From: Octopus vulgaris
Lineage: Eukaryota
Assembly (NCBI GenBank): GCA_951406725.2
Contig: OX597819.1
Span: forward strand, 129,084,001 to 129,148,000
Length of the DNA: 64,000 nt
Direction: 5' to 3'
Position 1 is the stretch's first letter. The number at the start of each line of letters is the position of its first letter. Of the stretch, positions 1 through 11,849 are shown in pieces. Made by a program: the position numbers and the translations under genes. The notes under the pieces are model-generated. The model had not been told where the DNA came from. It saw only the letters and a list, made by a program, of their open reading frames with translations, and searched no databases.

Positions 1-236
1 GCTACTATAGTTATGAACTTGCACACTTCCACATAATACAAAAATACACCGCCAAAACAACACAAAACACTCTTATCCTGTCCATATCTAAAAACGGATA
101 CACTCATATACATGCACTTATACATTTCCCATTCACTCCCTCCTCTCCTCTTAACTCTCATAGAAATTCATTCCCACTCAGCTCTTAACCCCTCGCCTTT
201 TCTTTTTTCACTTGCTGACTTTTCCTCTTTCTTGTT

Positions 237-271
237 CTTCTGATGAACGACTAACATCCGAAACGTCATAG
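237..271 (+). ncRNA. Degenerate minimal hammerhead-like motif in a probable Penelope-like pLTR remnant (~150-360)
   Basis: ctt-CTGATGA-A-CGA-ctaaca-TCC-GAAAC-GTC-atag. Core intact; stems I and II carry mismatches. Followed by a pyrimidine-rich tail and a microsatellite. Confidence 0.4.
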
Positions 272-384
272 TTCTTTTCCTTCTTTTTAAGTGCTAAATT
301 AATACAGTATTTGTTAAACTTTACCCTCTGTGTTGTCTGTTTTACAAAATATTCATATAATCACATGCATACCTACTTACTTAC

Positions 385-615
385 CTATACCCCCACACAC
401 ACATATACATACACACACATGTATATATGTATTATGTATACATATATGAATAATACATATGTAAAAGTATGCATATGAGTATATGTATATATATATAAAC
501 ACTTACGAAAATGCATATATATCAATATATGTATATATATGGTTGTGTGAATATATATTGTGTGTTTGTGTATACATATATACATATATATATATATATA
601 GAGAGAGAGAGAGGG
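385..615. repeat. Compound (CA)n/(TA)n/(GA)n microsatellite
   Basis: Directly visible; explains the low-complexity ORFs here. Confidence 0.95.
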
Positions 616-980
616 GGGGTAGAGGGGGGCAGGCAGGCAGAACAAACAGACATAAACAAAGAAAATTTGATCTATAGTCCTTATATGTATTACATACATA
701 GTAAACTTTGAGTACAAAGGAAATTAAAGATTTCCCACTTGAACCACCACACTACTTTAAGAATGCATGAACCTGAAGTTGCTGCTGCTGTTCGTTGTTG
801 AAGTTGTTGGTTTTTGTCGTTGTTAAAAGCATTTACCGCTTGCAACAGTTACTAGGCCGGTTATCTGGTAAATGGAAATAGAGAGGACTCGAATTTCTGG
901 ATTATTCTGTTTGAGACCAAGGACTAGCTCAAATATTATGTATTACAATGTTGTGTGTATCAGAAACATAAAGAAGGCAT

Positions 981-1165
981 AATAATCCTTTCTACTATAG
1001 GCAGAAAGCCTGATATTTTGGGGCAAGAGGGGCAAGTCGATTACATCGACCCAATTGCGTAATTGGTACTTATTTCATAGATCCCGAAAGGATGAAAGGC
1101 AAAGTTCACCTCAGCAGAATTTGAACTCAGAACTAAGAATTTTGACAGGCCTGTTCACCGCCTTC
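981..1165 (-). mobile_element. SINE family A (tRNA-derived), degenerate
   Basis: Reverse complement of the family core gagttcaaattc...gcctttcatcctttcggg...aagtacca. Confidence 0.8.
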
Positions 1166-2087
1166 TAAACAATGCACAATAATAATTTTAATTTTTTTAA
1201 CTTAAATTATTTCACAATTATTACCTTAGATACGATTTTTATAGATCTTACGTTGAGTTTACGGAAATGTAACTCGTTTTAGGTACAAAAATAGTTAAAA
1301 TACAAAATGGAAAATAAAGAACGGAATTGTACTTATGAGAAAAGAAGAAATTTTATTTACAAACACCACTGCAATATTTGTTTGATCTTTATTTATCCAC
1401 TTAAAATTGTCATTAGTAATCCGATTTTGTGCTGAACGAAAACATCCAGCAAACTGAAAACATCATTAATGACTGAAAAAGGAGGAGAGAAATACTATAG
1501 AAATATGATATAATAAATAGGAAAGCTTGAATCAAGAGATCCTCGTTAAAGCGTAAAGAATCTGTCTGTTATGAAAAACAACTGCACTTTCTTGAGCAAC
1601 ATAAACCGTTCGACTCTGACTGAAAATGATTCTGTCAACAATATATATATGAAGTAGAAATCAATGCAAGTTTAACAGCAAAAGGAGTAAGAATAAAAAT
1701 TCTAAGGAGAAATACGGATAGCGAAGTAGTCACGACAGGCAACATTGTTGAAAATTATAACAAACGTATGAGTGTTTGTGTGGCAAGAAGCTAGCTTGCC
1801 AACCACATGATTTGGGGTTCAGTCTCTCTGCGTGGCAACTCGGGAAAGTGACTTCTACTATAGTCTTAGGCCAACGAAAGCCTTTTGAGTGGATTCGGTA
1901 GACGGAACATTGAAATGTGTTGTACCCAATAAAGTCTTTTACACATTCCATCTCCTAGTTTATTAATACTGTTGCCCCAACCGCCATTACGAAGTTCCTG
2001 CAATAAATTTATGGATAACAACAGGGAATCGAAACTGTGCCGGTGCTTTACTCAATCAGCCATTTATACATTTTGTACAATTTCTCC

Positions 2088-2149
<62 letters not shown>

Positions 2150-2203
2150 CCACTACACACATTTTTTCTCTCATTGTTTCTCTCCTTCTTTTTTTCTATG
2201 TCC

Positions 2204-2239
2204 CTTTCTGTAGAAGAGCGTAGGCTCGAAACGTAATAG
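2204..2239 (+). ncRNA. Hammerhead-like motif in a short Penelope-like pLTR (~2150-2290) between (TA)n and (TC)n(TA)n tracts
   Basis: cttt-CTGTAGA-A-GAGC-gtag-GCTC-GAAAC-GTA-atag. A homologous copy lies on the minus strand at 43791-43826. Core position 6 deviates from consensus. Confidence 0.45.
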
Positions 2240-2293
2240 ACTTTTTCTATTCCTGAGCGTCTTTTGTTTTTTTCGTAAATTCGTAAACTCTTC

Positions 2294-2375
<82 letters not shown>

Positions 2376-2549
2376 TGAGAAAGTTGGTGTGTGAAAGTAC
2401 GTGGTTGGATGTATAAAAAAATAGAAAAGAGTGAAAAAGCTACAGAAGGCTTGTGTTATAAGATTAAAGAATATATTTAAGTCGTTATGTTAGAAAAATG
2501 TTAGAAAATTTTGTGTATAGTAACATAGTTTTATGGAGAAATAACCGGT

Positions 2550-2582
2550 AAATTTGAAAAGTATATACGAAACCGGTTATTT
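2550..2582 (+). ncRNA. Minimal type-I hammerhead-like motif, U3-A8 core variant
   Basis: AAAT-TTGAAAA-GTA-TA-TAC-GAAAC-CG-GTT-ATTT; stem I AAAT/ATTT and palindromic stem III. Confidence 0.55.
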
Positions 2583-2604
2583 CTCCAAAAACTATGTTAC
2601 TATA

Positions 2605-3707
2605 AACTTAGATAAACTTAGATATGTTTCGACCAAAGATTGGTCCAGGTCATGTCTAACTTAATAGCACCACCTGATAGGATTATTCGAATCCTGTTTA
2701 AGTCAAGTTTTGTTCAAGTAGTGAGTTCTTGTTGGGTGAGTTGTATCCAGTTTTGTTCAAGTAGTGAGTTCTTGTTGGGTGAGTTGTATCCAATTATGGG
2801 TGGCTTGTCTGGTATTCTTTGAAGGAATCTATCCAGACTCTGTTTAAAGTTGATGGGATCCTTTTCCTCTTTGATCTCCCTCGGGACAATGTTAAATAGG
2901 GCAGGGCCTGTTGAGGAAAAGAAATTATGTTGCAGTGTACATGTATGTTGTGATCTTGAATTGGGCAGGGGACGTATAGCCCGTGGTCCAGGTCTTGGAT
3001 GAACCTTGAAGCTAATGTTTAGGTCGTTTGGGCAAAGTTGGCGGTATATTTTCCACATCGTACAAATGATGTACCGCTCACGGCGACGCTGGAGAGAGTA
3101 AAGTTTCAAGGCTTTAAGGCGATCCCAATAATCGAGAGCAGCCATGCCTTCAATTTGTTTAGTGAGTGCCCTCTGGGGTGACTCAATTCTGGAGATGTTT
3201 TTTCTTGTGTGAGGAGACCACAATGGGCAGCAGTATTCAAGGTGTGGCCGTACAAAGGAGGAAAAAAGTGGTATGATGACACCTTGTTCTCTGGACCGGA
3301 AAGTTCTTAAGATCCAGGAACTCATCCTACGAGCTATATCGACCTTCTTGTTGATGTGGGCACTCCAACTGAGATCGTCATCAACAATTACACCCAGGTC
3401 TCTGATATTGTTAGAGGCTGTGAGCGGTTCCCCTGAAGGAAGAGAGTATGGTTGTTTTAGTGAGGAATTTCTTCCAAAATGCATCAGCTCAAATTTTCCC
3501 TCATTCAGTTGCATTTTGTTTCTGCCTGCCCATTGACTCACAGCATATAGATCAGACAGGAGTTGAGTTCGGTCTGCTTCTTCATTGACGATTTGCTGGA
3601 GCTTAGTGTTATCAGCAAATATTTTCACTTTGCAGTAATGTACGACACTGGAAAGGTCGTTTACGTAAATTATGAAGAGTAGCGGACCCAAAACAGTTCC
3701 CTGGGGA
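2605..3707 (-). mobile_element. 5'-truncated CR1-group LINE (RT C-terminal half plus 3' UTR)
   Basis: ORF 2714-3712 with PQGTVLGPLLF, FADN (FADD-like) and RPHLEYC. The 3' end has a stem-loop and a short tandem tail (tctaagttta). Confidence 0.9.
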
Positions 3708-3809
3708 CACAAAATTTTCTAACATTTTTCTAACATAACGACTTAAATATATTCTTTAACCTTATAACACAAGCCTTCTGTAGTGTTTTCACTCTTTTCT
3801 ATTTTATAT

Positions 3810-4222
3810 ACTCTTTTACTCTTTTACTTGTTTCAGTCATTTGACTGCGGCCATGCTGGAGCACTGCCTTTTTAATCGAGCAACTCGACCCCGGGACTTA
3901 TTCTTTTTTGTAAGCCCAGTACTTATTCTATCGGTCTCTTTTGCCGAACCGCTAAGTAACGGGGACATAAACACACCAGCATCGGTTGTCAAGCAATGCT
4001 AGGGGGACAAACACAGACACCCAAACACACACACGCATATATATATATAACATATATACGACAGGCTTCTTTCAGTTTCCGTCTACCAAATCCACTCACA
4101 AGGCTTTGGTCGGCCCGAGGCTATAGTAGAAGACACTTGCCCAAGGTGCCACGCAGTGGGACTGAACCCGGGACAATGTGGTTGGTAAACAAGCTACTTA
4201 CCACACAGCCACTCCAGCGCCT
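3810..4222 (-). mobile_element. SINE family B (tRNA head, CORE-like segment, internal microsatellite, (AAAAGAGT)n tail)
   Basis: Minus strand: A-box TGGCTGTGTGG, B-box GGTTCAGTCC, gcaccttgggcaagtgtctt; many copies in the window. Confidence 0.9.
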
Positions 4223-4420
4223 ATATATATATATATATATTTCATATATATATATATAAGTTATGTTATATTCCGTTAGAAATGTTGTAGGGTACAGTGT
4301 AAAGCTCGCCCACCTTTCGAATTACCCAGTACTGTAGGTAGTATTATTATATACTTCCAAGTTTAAATTTAGGCATTCGTCATGTGTGAATATAAAACTG
4401 ATGAAATTGGAGTTTGTTTA

Positions 4421-4744
4421 TTATTCGCTACAATTGTTTCGGCACAACGTAGTTCTCCAAGAATACAGGTATTTGATTATGCAACTTTTTGCTTGCGTAA
4501 TGAGATCTAGTTGTGTTTCCTCAGGCGATATATACGAGTATTGTCTCCCTTAGTTTAAAATCTTCGAATTTTAGGCCATCTTCTCTGTTTGTCGAGGTCT
4601 GAATTTATTAGCTGCTTGGATACACATGGTGCGTGCCGCGAGGAGGAAACACAACTAGATCTCATTATGCAAACAAACAGTTGCACAATCAAATACCTGT
4701 ATTCTTGGAGAACTACTTTGTGTCGAAACAATTGTAGCGAATAA
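4421..4744. repeat. Fold-back palindrome (arms 4421-4522 and 4643-4744)
   Basis: ~100-bp arms are near reverse complements. Confidence 0.9.
4425..4528 (-). ncRNA. Type-I hammerhead-like motif with long stem II
   Basis: Minus strand: TCGC-CTGAGGA-AACACAA...TTGTGCC-GAAAC-AATT-GTA-GCGA; stem I TCGC/GCGA perfect, palindromic stem III. Confidence 0.65.
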
Positions 4745-4904
4745 CGAAGAAATGTCCAAACGTACTTCTTCGTGACTCCCATTTCTTCAATTGTGTGTGT
4801 GTGTACGTGTGAGTGCGTGGGCGTGTGTGTGTGTATGTGTGTGTATTATATGTATGTGTCTTTGTGTCTATGTTTGTTCCCCACCACCGCTTGACAACCA
4901 GTGT

Positions 4905-5345
4905 TGGATCAGTGTCCTCGATGGATCAGTGTCCTCCAGCCAGTTCTATCCTCTTTCAGATTGGCTATGGCCATTCCCATGTCATTCTTGATGGTGTCAA
5001 GCCAGCGGGTTCTTGATCTGCCTCTTCCTCTCTTGTCACTGACCATTCCAAGCATGATGTCCTTCTCCAGGGATTTTCTCCGCATAATATGACCAAAATA
5101 TGTCAATCTATGCTTGGTGATCCTAGCTTCAAGCGACAGTTTCGGCTTGATCTGGTTAAGAACTTCTCCATTGGTGAGCCTCGCTGTCCATGGAATCCTT
5201 AAAAGTTTTCTCCAGCACCAAAGCTCGAATGCATTAATTCTCTTCTGGTCAGCTTTCTTTAGTGTCCAGGTCTCGCATCCATATGTTGCTATTGGGAAGA
5301 CGATTGCATTCACCAATCTGAATTCGGTAGCGAGTCTGATGTCAT
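4905..5345 (-). mobile_element. RTE (BovB-like) LINE 3' fragment
   Basis: ORF 4909-5316: YGCETWTLKKAD..AFELWCWRKLLRIPWT..YFGHIMR. Confidence 0.9.
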
Positions 5346-5811
5346 AAGGCTGATGCCATAAGAATATGCGATTATTTCCTTACTTTCATTGAAGGATACT
5401 CAATTGGAGATTCCCTGAAAGATTTTACGAATTTTTCACTGTATTACTGTTTGTATTTGGAAGATGTGAATAATTTCGTTTTGCTCTTTCTTAGAGATCA
5501 CTAACATTTCTAGGCTTTTATGCAAGCCTGTAGTTACGTGGCTTGATGCACCTATGATAACAAGTACAAATGAATAACAATAGCCTGTAAGTTTTACTAT
5601 TAGTTCATAAAGATTCTCCTTATCCCCAATTTTAGACGAGACATTCCCATTTGCTAAGCTATATAATGGTGCATGACTTTTGTTCCCCATCTCATAGTAC
5701 AATATTGGACTTACTGAGTTAGTACAAGGTTACTGTCTTCATTGGAATGTTCCATCATTATACTTGATTTTTAAAGGTGTGGATACATTCTGGTCTTGAC
5801 GTGCTGATATA

Positions 5812-6230
5812 ACCTATTTCTTTACTACCCACAAGGGGCTAAACACAGAGAGGACAAACAAGGACAGACAAACGGATTAAGTCGATTGCATCGACCCCAG
5901 TGCGTAACTAGTACTTCTTTAATCGACCCCGAAAGGATGAAAGGCAAAGTCGACCTCAGCGGAATTTAAACTTAGAACGTAAAGACAGACGAAATACCTA
6001 TTTCATTACTACCCACAAGGGGTTAAACATAGAGGGGACAAACAAGGACAGACAAACGGATTACGTCAATTACATCGACCCCAGTGCATAACTAGTACTT
6101 CTTTAATCGACCCCGAAAGGATGAATGGCAAAGTCGACCTCGGCGGAATTTGAACTCACAACGTAACAGCAGACGAAATACGGCTACGCATTTCGCCCGG
6201 CGTGCTAACGTTTCTGCTAGCTCGCCGCCT
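5812..6230 (-). mobile_element. SINE family A tandem dimer
   Basis: Two ~184-bp units joined at aaatag/gtatttcg; the head aaggcggcgagct lies at the 6230 end. Confidence 0.9.
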
Positions 6231-6709
6231 TAATAGCTTCTGCTATAACCATCGGGACAATACTTCTTGCGTATAGCATGGTAAATGGTTTTAGCAACAA
6301 TGCCATGTTTCATGGGAAGGTAGTACAGTGCAGACATGTTTGGACAGTTGCTGATGATGTGGTTGATATCCCCCATACTGTTTACAACACAATCAACATT
6401 TTCTATGACATCGTGGAAGCTTAGTGGTATACTTATCTCCCTTATTGACCAAGTATTCATTACGTGTCTCCTCTTCCTGTATAGCGAAGCGTAGCTTTCC
6501 TGGTGAGATGTGATATGTCTATCATACATCCAAGAAGTCCCTTCAATGTACCCATGCGCAACTGTCTTCTGGTATGATTGGTATTTCTTCCCGAAGTCCT
6601 AGTTTATGTAAAACAGTCCAGCTACGATTGGTTCATATGGAACGGTTGTATACTCAGAGTATTTATTCAGTTCTTCATTTAATCTTTTGATGCTGTTTCT
6701 GTCACTGTT

Positions 6710-6923
6710 ACTCTTTTACTCTTTTACTCTTTTACTTGTTTCAGTCATTTGACTGCGGCCATGCTGGAGCACCGCCTTTAGTTGAGCAAATCGACCCCGG
6801 GACTTATTCTTTGTAAGCCCAGTACTTATTCTATCGGTCTCTTTTTTGACGTAAACACACCAGCATCGGTTGTCAAGCAATGCTAGGGGGACAAACATAG
6901 ACACACAAACACATACACACACA

Positions 6924-6999
<76 letters not shown>

Positions 7000-7165
7000 T
7001 ACGACAGGCTTCTTTCAGTTTCCGTCTACCAAATCCACTCACAAGGCATTGGTCGGCCCGGGGCTATAGCAGAAGACACTTGCCCAAGATGCCACGCAGC
7101 GGGACTGAACCCGGAACCGTGTGGTTGATAAGAAAGCTACTTACCACGCAGCCACTCCTGCGCCT
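6710..7165 (-). mobile_element. SINE family B flanked by a 61-bp direct repeat
   Basis: Full-length copy; flanks 6649-6709 and 7176-7236 match with 2 mismatches. Confidence 0.9.
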
Positions 7166-7724
7166 ATGAGTAGTATATACTCAGAGTATTTATTCAGTTC
7201 TTCATTTAATCTTATGATGCTGTTTCTTTCACTGTTGCGTATAGACATGAAGTATTCGTATCACTTTTTACTGTTCAGTGGGTACTGTCGGAGTGATACA
7301 ATGCAGCACTCAAAATCCGTTTGGACTAACTATATACTTCTGTCTCCATTCCTTCATTTAACATAGGTCCTGTTAGAGTGATTGCTAATGAGGAAGTCAG
7401 CAGTGGTGGTTAGCATCCTTCTTGTCTTGCTGTTCACGTTGCAGATTTCTTCAAGTATTTAGTTTAGTATCCCAAAAGTTGGTTATGCATGGATACACAT
7501 CCCGAAAGCTAGACAATATCGATAAGATTGCCAAGAAAAGAAATCAATCCTAGACTTATGAATGCACGAATGTAAGTATCTAAGTACTTACGCGCATGTG
7601 TATGTAAATACGAGCGTGTGTATGTTTAAGTGTACATATTTGTATCTATACATAGATACAAATATATATATAAATATATATATATATATATTGTATCTAT
7701 ACATAAATACAAATATATATAAAA

Positions 7725-7759
<35 letters not shown>

Positions 7760-7775
7760 TACATATATATGTATG

Positions 7776-7841
<66 letters not shown>

Positions 7842-8449
7842 CATACATACATAATACACGCACACACACTCATACATACATACATACATGATATAGTGGG
7901 AGAGAAAAAGAAGGAAGGAAAAAAAGGAAAGAAAGCCAAAAAGAAAGAAAGGAAGATATATGTAGAAAGCAACTCTGCAAATTAGTCTGATATTCTTCAC
8001 AATCTATTCATATCGTGTGTTAGACCAGTAATTTTATCCGCCTAAACTATCATTACTGCTTCATTGTCCGGAGACTTGAGTCTGTTTATACACGTATGTG
8101 CCCGATAGTCTTCTTTCCTTTTTTTTGCATACATAGATTAGACACACCATGTATATGCTTGTTTGTGTGTGCGTATGTGTTTATATGTGGCTCCATAATT
8201 AAAATACGTATTCTAAATGGTAAATCATAAATTCGACATTTTTATTTTAAAGTAGGAGAACGGTTTGCACCGTTACATGAGTATTTGCATGTATCTTTCG
8301 GTGCCTTTCTTAATCCTGCCATTGTAGGAGCCTCTGCTAGAAATAATATCAATATCATCCCCAGTTATACACCATACTATTTTTAAAAGAACACATTGAA
8401 TCATGTAGTCCAAAACATAATAGGCGGGATGGCTAGGGCTAAAATATCT

Positions 8450-8680
8450 ATTCCTTTACTACCCACAAGGGACTAAACACAGCGAGGGCAAACAAGGGCA
8501 GACAAACGGATTAAGTCGATTACATCGAACCCAGTGCGTAACTGGTACTTATTTAATCGACTCCGAAAGGATGAAAGGCAAAGTCGACCTCGGCGGAATT
8601 TGAACTCAGAACGTAACGGCAGACGAAATACGGCTATGTATTTTGCCCGCCGTGCTAACGTTTCTGCCAGCTCGCCGCCT
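8450..8680 (-). mobile_element. SINE family A, full length
   Basis: Matches the other family A copies; flanked by a ggctaaaata direct repeat. Confidence 0.9.
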
Positions 8681-9024
8681 ATGGCTAAAATACCTTTGAT
8701 CTTAATATGCAGAATCAGAGCTTACCCGTGCTGGATGACACTAACTACCACTGCTGCTACTACTGCTACTGCTGCTGCTGCTGCTGCTACTGCTGCCACT
8801 GCTGCTGCTGCTACTGTTGCTGCATGGCTGGAAGACTTTTCGAAATGAATGAACGAAGGCACCTTTTCTCGATCACCTGATATGCTGGAGATGGCAACCA
8901 ACTCTTCCTCAAATTTACGTCCTATCTTCTTAGGAAAGACGAAAAGGTTACATTGATTGGACATTCGTTGTACGGGATATGCAAAGCGACATGAGTGGTC
9001 ATGGTTGAATGGGTTTTTACGCCG

Positions 9025-9078
<54 letters not shown>

Positions 9079-9694
9079 GTCGGCATTACAATATCAAAAC
9101 TGCCAACAAGTGGTATAATCACCACCCTGAGGCTGTAACTGAAGGAGAAAATGTAACCATTCTGTGGGACTTTCCAGTACATACAGACCGAACCATCAAA
9201 GTCAATAAACTAGATATTGTTGTGAAAGACCAAAACAATAAAGTTTGCTTATTGATCGACATGAGCATCCCCTGTGATCATAATATCTCAGCGAAAGAGT
9301 TTGACAAGCTCAGAAAATATAAAGACCTACTCATTGAAATTGAGAAAATGTGGCATCTCAAGGCGGTTACAATACCAGTGATCGTAGGAGCACTAGGAAT
9401 GATCAAGAAGGGAACCGAAAATTATATGAGAATGATCCCTGGCTTACCATCCCTGCAAGAAGTGCAAAAGATTGTCTTAACTGGTACATCACACGTATTG
9501 AGAAGAGCATTGTCGATGTGAGAACTGTTGCTGCTCATGTATTTTAATTTAACTTAAAAAAAAGATTTTTTTAATGAACGAACTATTGAGTTTGGTTTAA
9601 TGGCCTACCAATGTATACTATGAGTTTCTTTGCCCTAGGAGTCGTGAAGACATTCGGCAAGAAATGGAAGCAAATTTGAAAGAAGAAAAAAAAG
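9079..9694 (+). mobile_element. R4/Dong-like non-LTR retrotransposon, 5'-truncated (subfamily 1)
   Basis: Restriction-like endonuclease: ILWDFPVHTDR..KLDIVV..LIDMSIP..KLRKYKDL; bounded by (TAA)n on both sides. Confidence 0.85.
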
Positions 9695-9749
9695 TAATAG
9701 TAGTGATAATAATTATTAATAATAATTAATAATAATAATAATTAATAAT

Positions 9750-9830
<81 letters not shown>

Positions 9831-9832
<2 letters not shown>

Positions 9833-10195
9833 TGGAAGCTGAAGACTAAAACAATACCTGTTGTCATAGGTGCCCTGGGAATGATAGCAAAAGGGGCTGA
9901 TTGCTACCTAACTCAGATACCAGGAAACCCCAAAATGGCAGAAATTCAAAAGATAGTGCTCAAGGGAACTGCCCATATCCTACGCAAAATACTTTCTATG
10001 TAATCTCAAGTTTTAAAACAAACATAATTTTCGGTTTTTTTTTTTAGACATTCACTAGTACAACACCAAAAAGAACTCAAATATATGGCACACTAGGCAT
10101 AACAACAACATGAACTTCCAACCTGTTGTCTCTTGAGGTCTCTGGGTGAGACTTGGAGCCAACTTGTACAAATATAAAGCAAAAGTCAAACATAG
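9831..10195 (+). mobile_element. R4/Dong-like 3' stub (subfamily 2)
   Basis: Near-identical to the 3' ends of 10317-11808 and 11848-13480; embedded in (TAA)n. Confidence 0.9.
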
Positions 10196-10211
10196 AATAA
10201 TAATAATAATA

Positions 10212-10316
<105 letters not shown>

Positions 10317-11807
10317 GAGTGAGAGCAATACTCAAAACAGAGCTGAATGCAAGAAACAGGATCGAAGCAATCAATGCATTAGCTATACCAGTCGTGACTT
10401 ACAGTTTCAATATTGTTAACTGGTCAATTACTGAAATATGTCAGCTCGACAGAAAAATAAGGAAACTGTTGACAATGCATAGAATGCACCACCCTAAGGC
10501 AGATACAGAACGACTCTATCTGCCAAGAAAAGAGGGAGGCCGTGGTCTTTTGCAACTGGCAATAACAATGAAGATTGCTACAATTGGCCTAGACACCTAC
10601 CTGAAAAACTCTGAGGACTGGATGCTAAAACTTGTCTCAAAACATGAAAACAAGAAAGCATCATACTCAGTCACAAAACAGGCAAAGGAATATCTAAGTG
10701 AATTCCGAATACAACCAATTTCGGAGATAGATATACAAGAAACAAGCACAGAAAAAGCTAGGCGCATGAAAACCCGTGCCAAAACTGCGGCCTTAGATAT
10801 TCTGAATAATAAATGGCAAGAAAAACCTCTCTATGGCAAATACCCAAAGAGAGCGAATAATGCAGATATCGACAAAGCCCTGACCCATCAATGGCTAATG
10901 GCCTCTGGCTTAAAATCTGAAACAGAGGGGTTTATCATAGCAGCTCAAGATCAATGCCTACCAACAAGAAACTACCAGGCCAACATATTAAAGATCAGAA
11001 GCAGTCCAACGTGTCGTGTATGCAAGCAACAAAATGAAACCATTGACCATGTGGTCTCCAAGTGCAGTCTTCTAGCGCCTACAGAGTATCTCAACAGGCA
11101 CGATAGAGCTGCACAATATATTCACTGGGTAATCTGTAAAAACCTGGATTTGCCCCATGAAAAAAACTGGTGGGAACACAAACCACCCCCAGTGCTTGAA
11201 AATGACCACATCTCACTCCTCTGGAACTTCACCATTCAAACTGACAGGAATATAGATGCAAATAGGCCAGACATCATATTGAAAACTTCAAACAAAGAAC
11301 ATGCCTCCTCATTGATATGACTGTCCCAATCGATATAAACGTATCTGTCAAGACCTACCAAAAACTGAGCAAATATAAAGATCTTGAAATAGAAATCAGC
11401 AAAATGTGGAAGCTGAAGACTAAAACAATACCTGTTGTCATAGGTGCCCTGGGAATGATAGCAAAAGGGGCTGATAGCTACCTAACTCAGATACCAGGAA
11501 ACCCAAAAATGGCAGAAGTTCAAAAGATAGTGCTCATGGGAACTGCTCATATCCTACGCAAAATACTCTCTATGTAATCTCAAGGTTTAAAACAAACATA
11601 ATTTTCGGTTTAAAAAAAAAAACAAAAAAAAAAAACCTTTTTTTTTTTTTTTTTTTTTAGACATTCATTAGTACAACATCCCCACCCCCCAAATATATGG
11701 CACACTAGGCATAACAACAACATGAACTTCCAACCCTGTTGTCTCTTGAGGTCTCTGGGTGAGACTTGGAGCCAACTTGTACAAATATAAAGCAAAAGTC
11801 AAACATA

Positions 11808-11808
<1 letters not shown>
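10317..11808 (+). mobile_element. R4/Dong-like element, 5'-truncated (subfamily 2), one frameshift near 11285
   Basis: LYLPRKEGGRGL, CCHC knuckle CRVC..HVVSKC, RHD, RPDII, KLSKYKDL (ORFs 10319-11320 and 11317-11577). Confidence 0.9.

Positions 11809-11847
<39 letters not shown>

Positions 11848-11849
<2 letters not shown>

Larger units (their letters stand above)
2411..3810. repeat. Fold-back palindrome (left arm 2411-2549; right arm 2572-2604 plus 3708-3810) split by a LINE
   Basis: 2411-2517 is the reverse complement of 3708-3810; 2516-2549 is the reverse complement of 2572-2604. Confidence 0.9.
5345..7500 (-). pseudogene. Highly degenerate RLE-type non-LTR retrotransposon remnant interrupted by two SINE insertions
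   Basis: ORF 6230-6529 has a CCHC-like DINHIISNC followed by an RHD-like MKHGIVAKTIYH; boundaries approximate. Confidence 0.5.

Noticed and set aside
2612-2650. GACC..GGTC-GAAAC on the minus strand as a hammerhead
   Set aside because: No CUGANGA core; better explained as the LINE 3' stem-loop.
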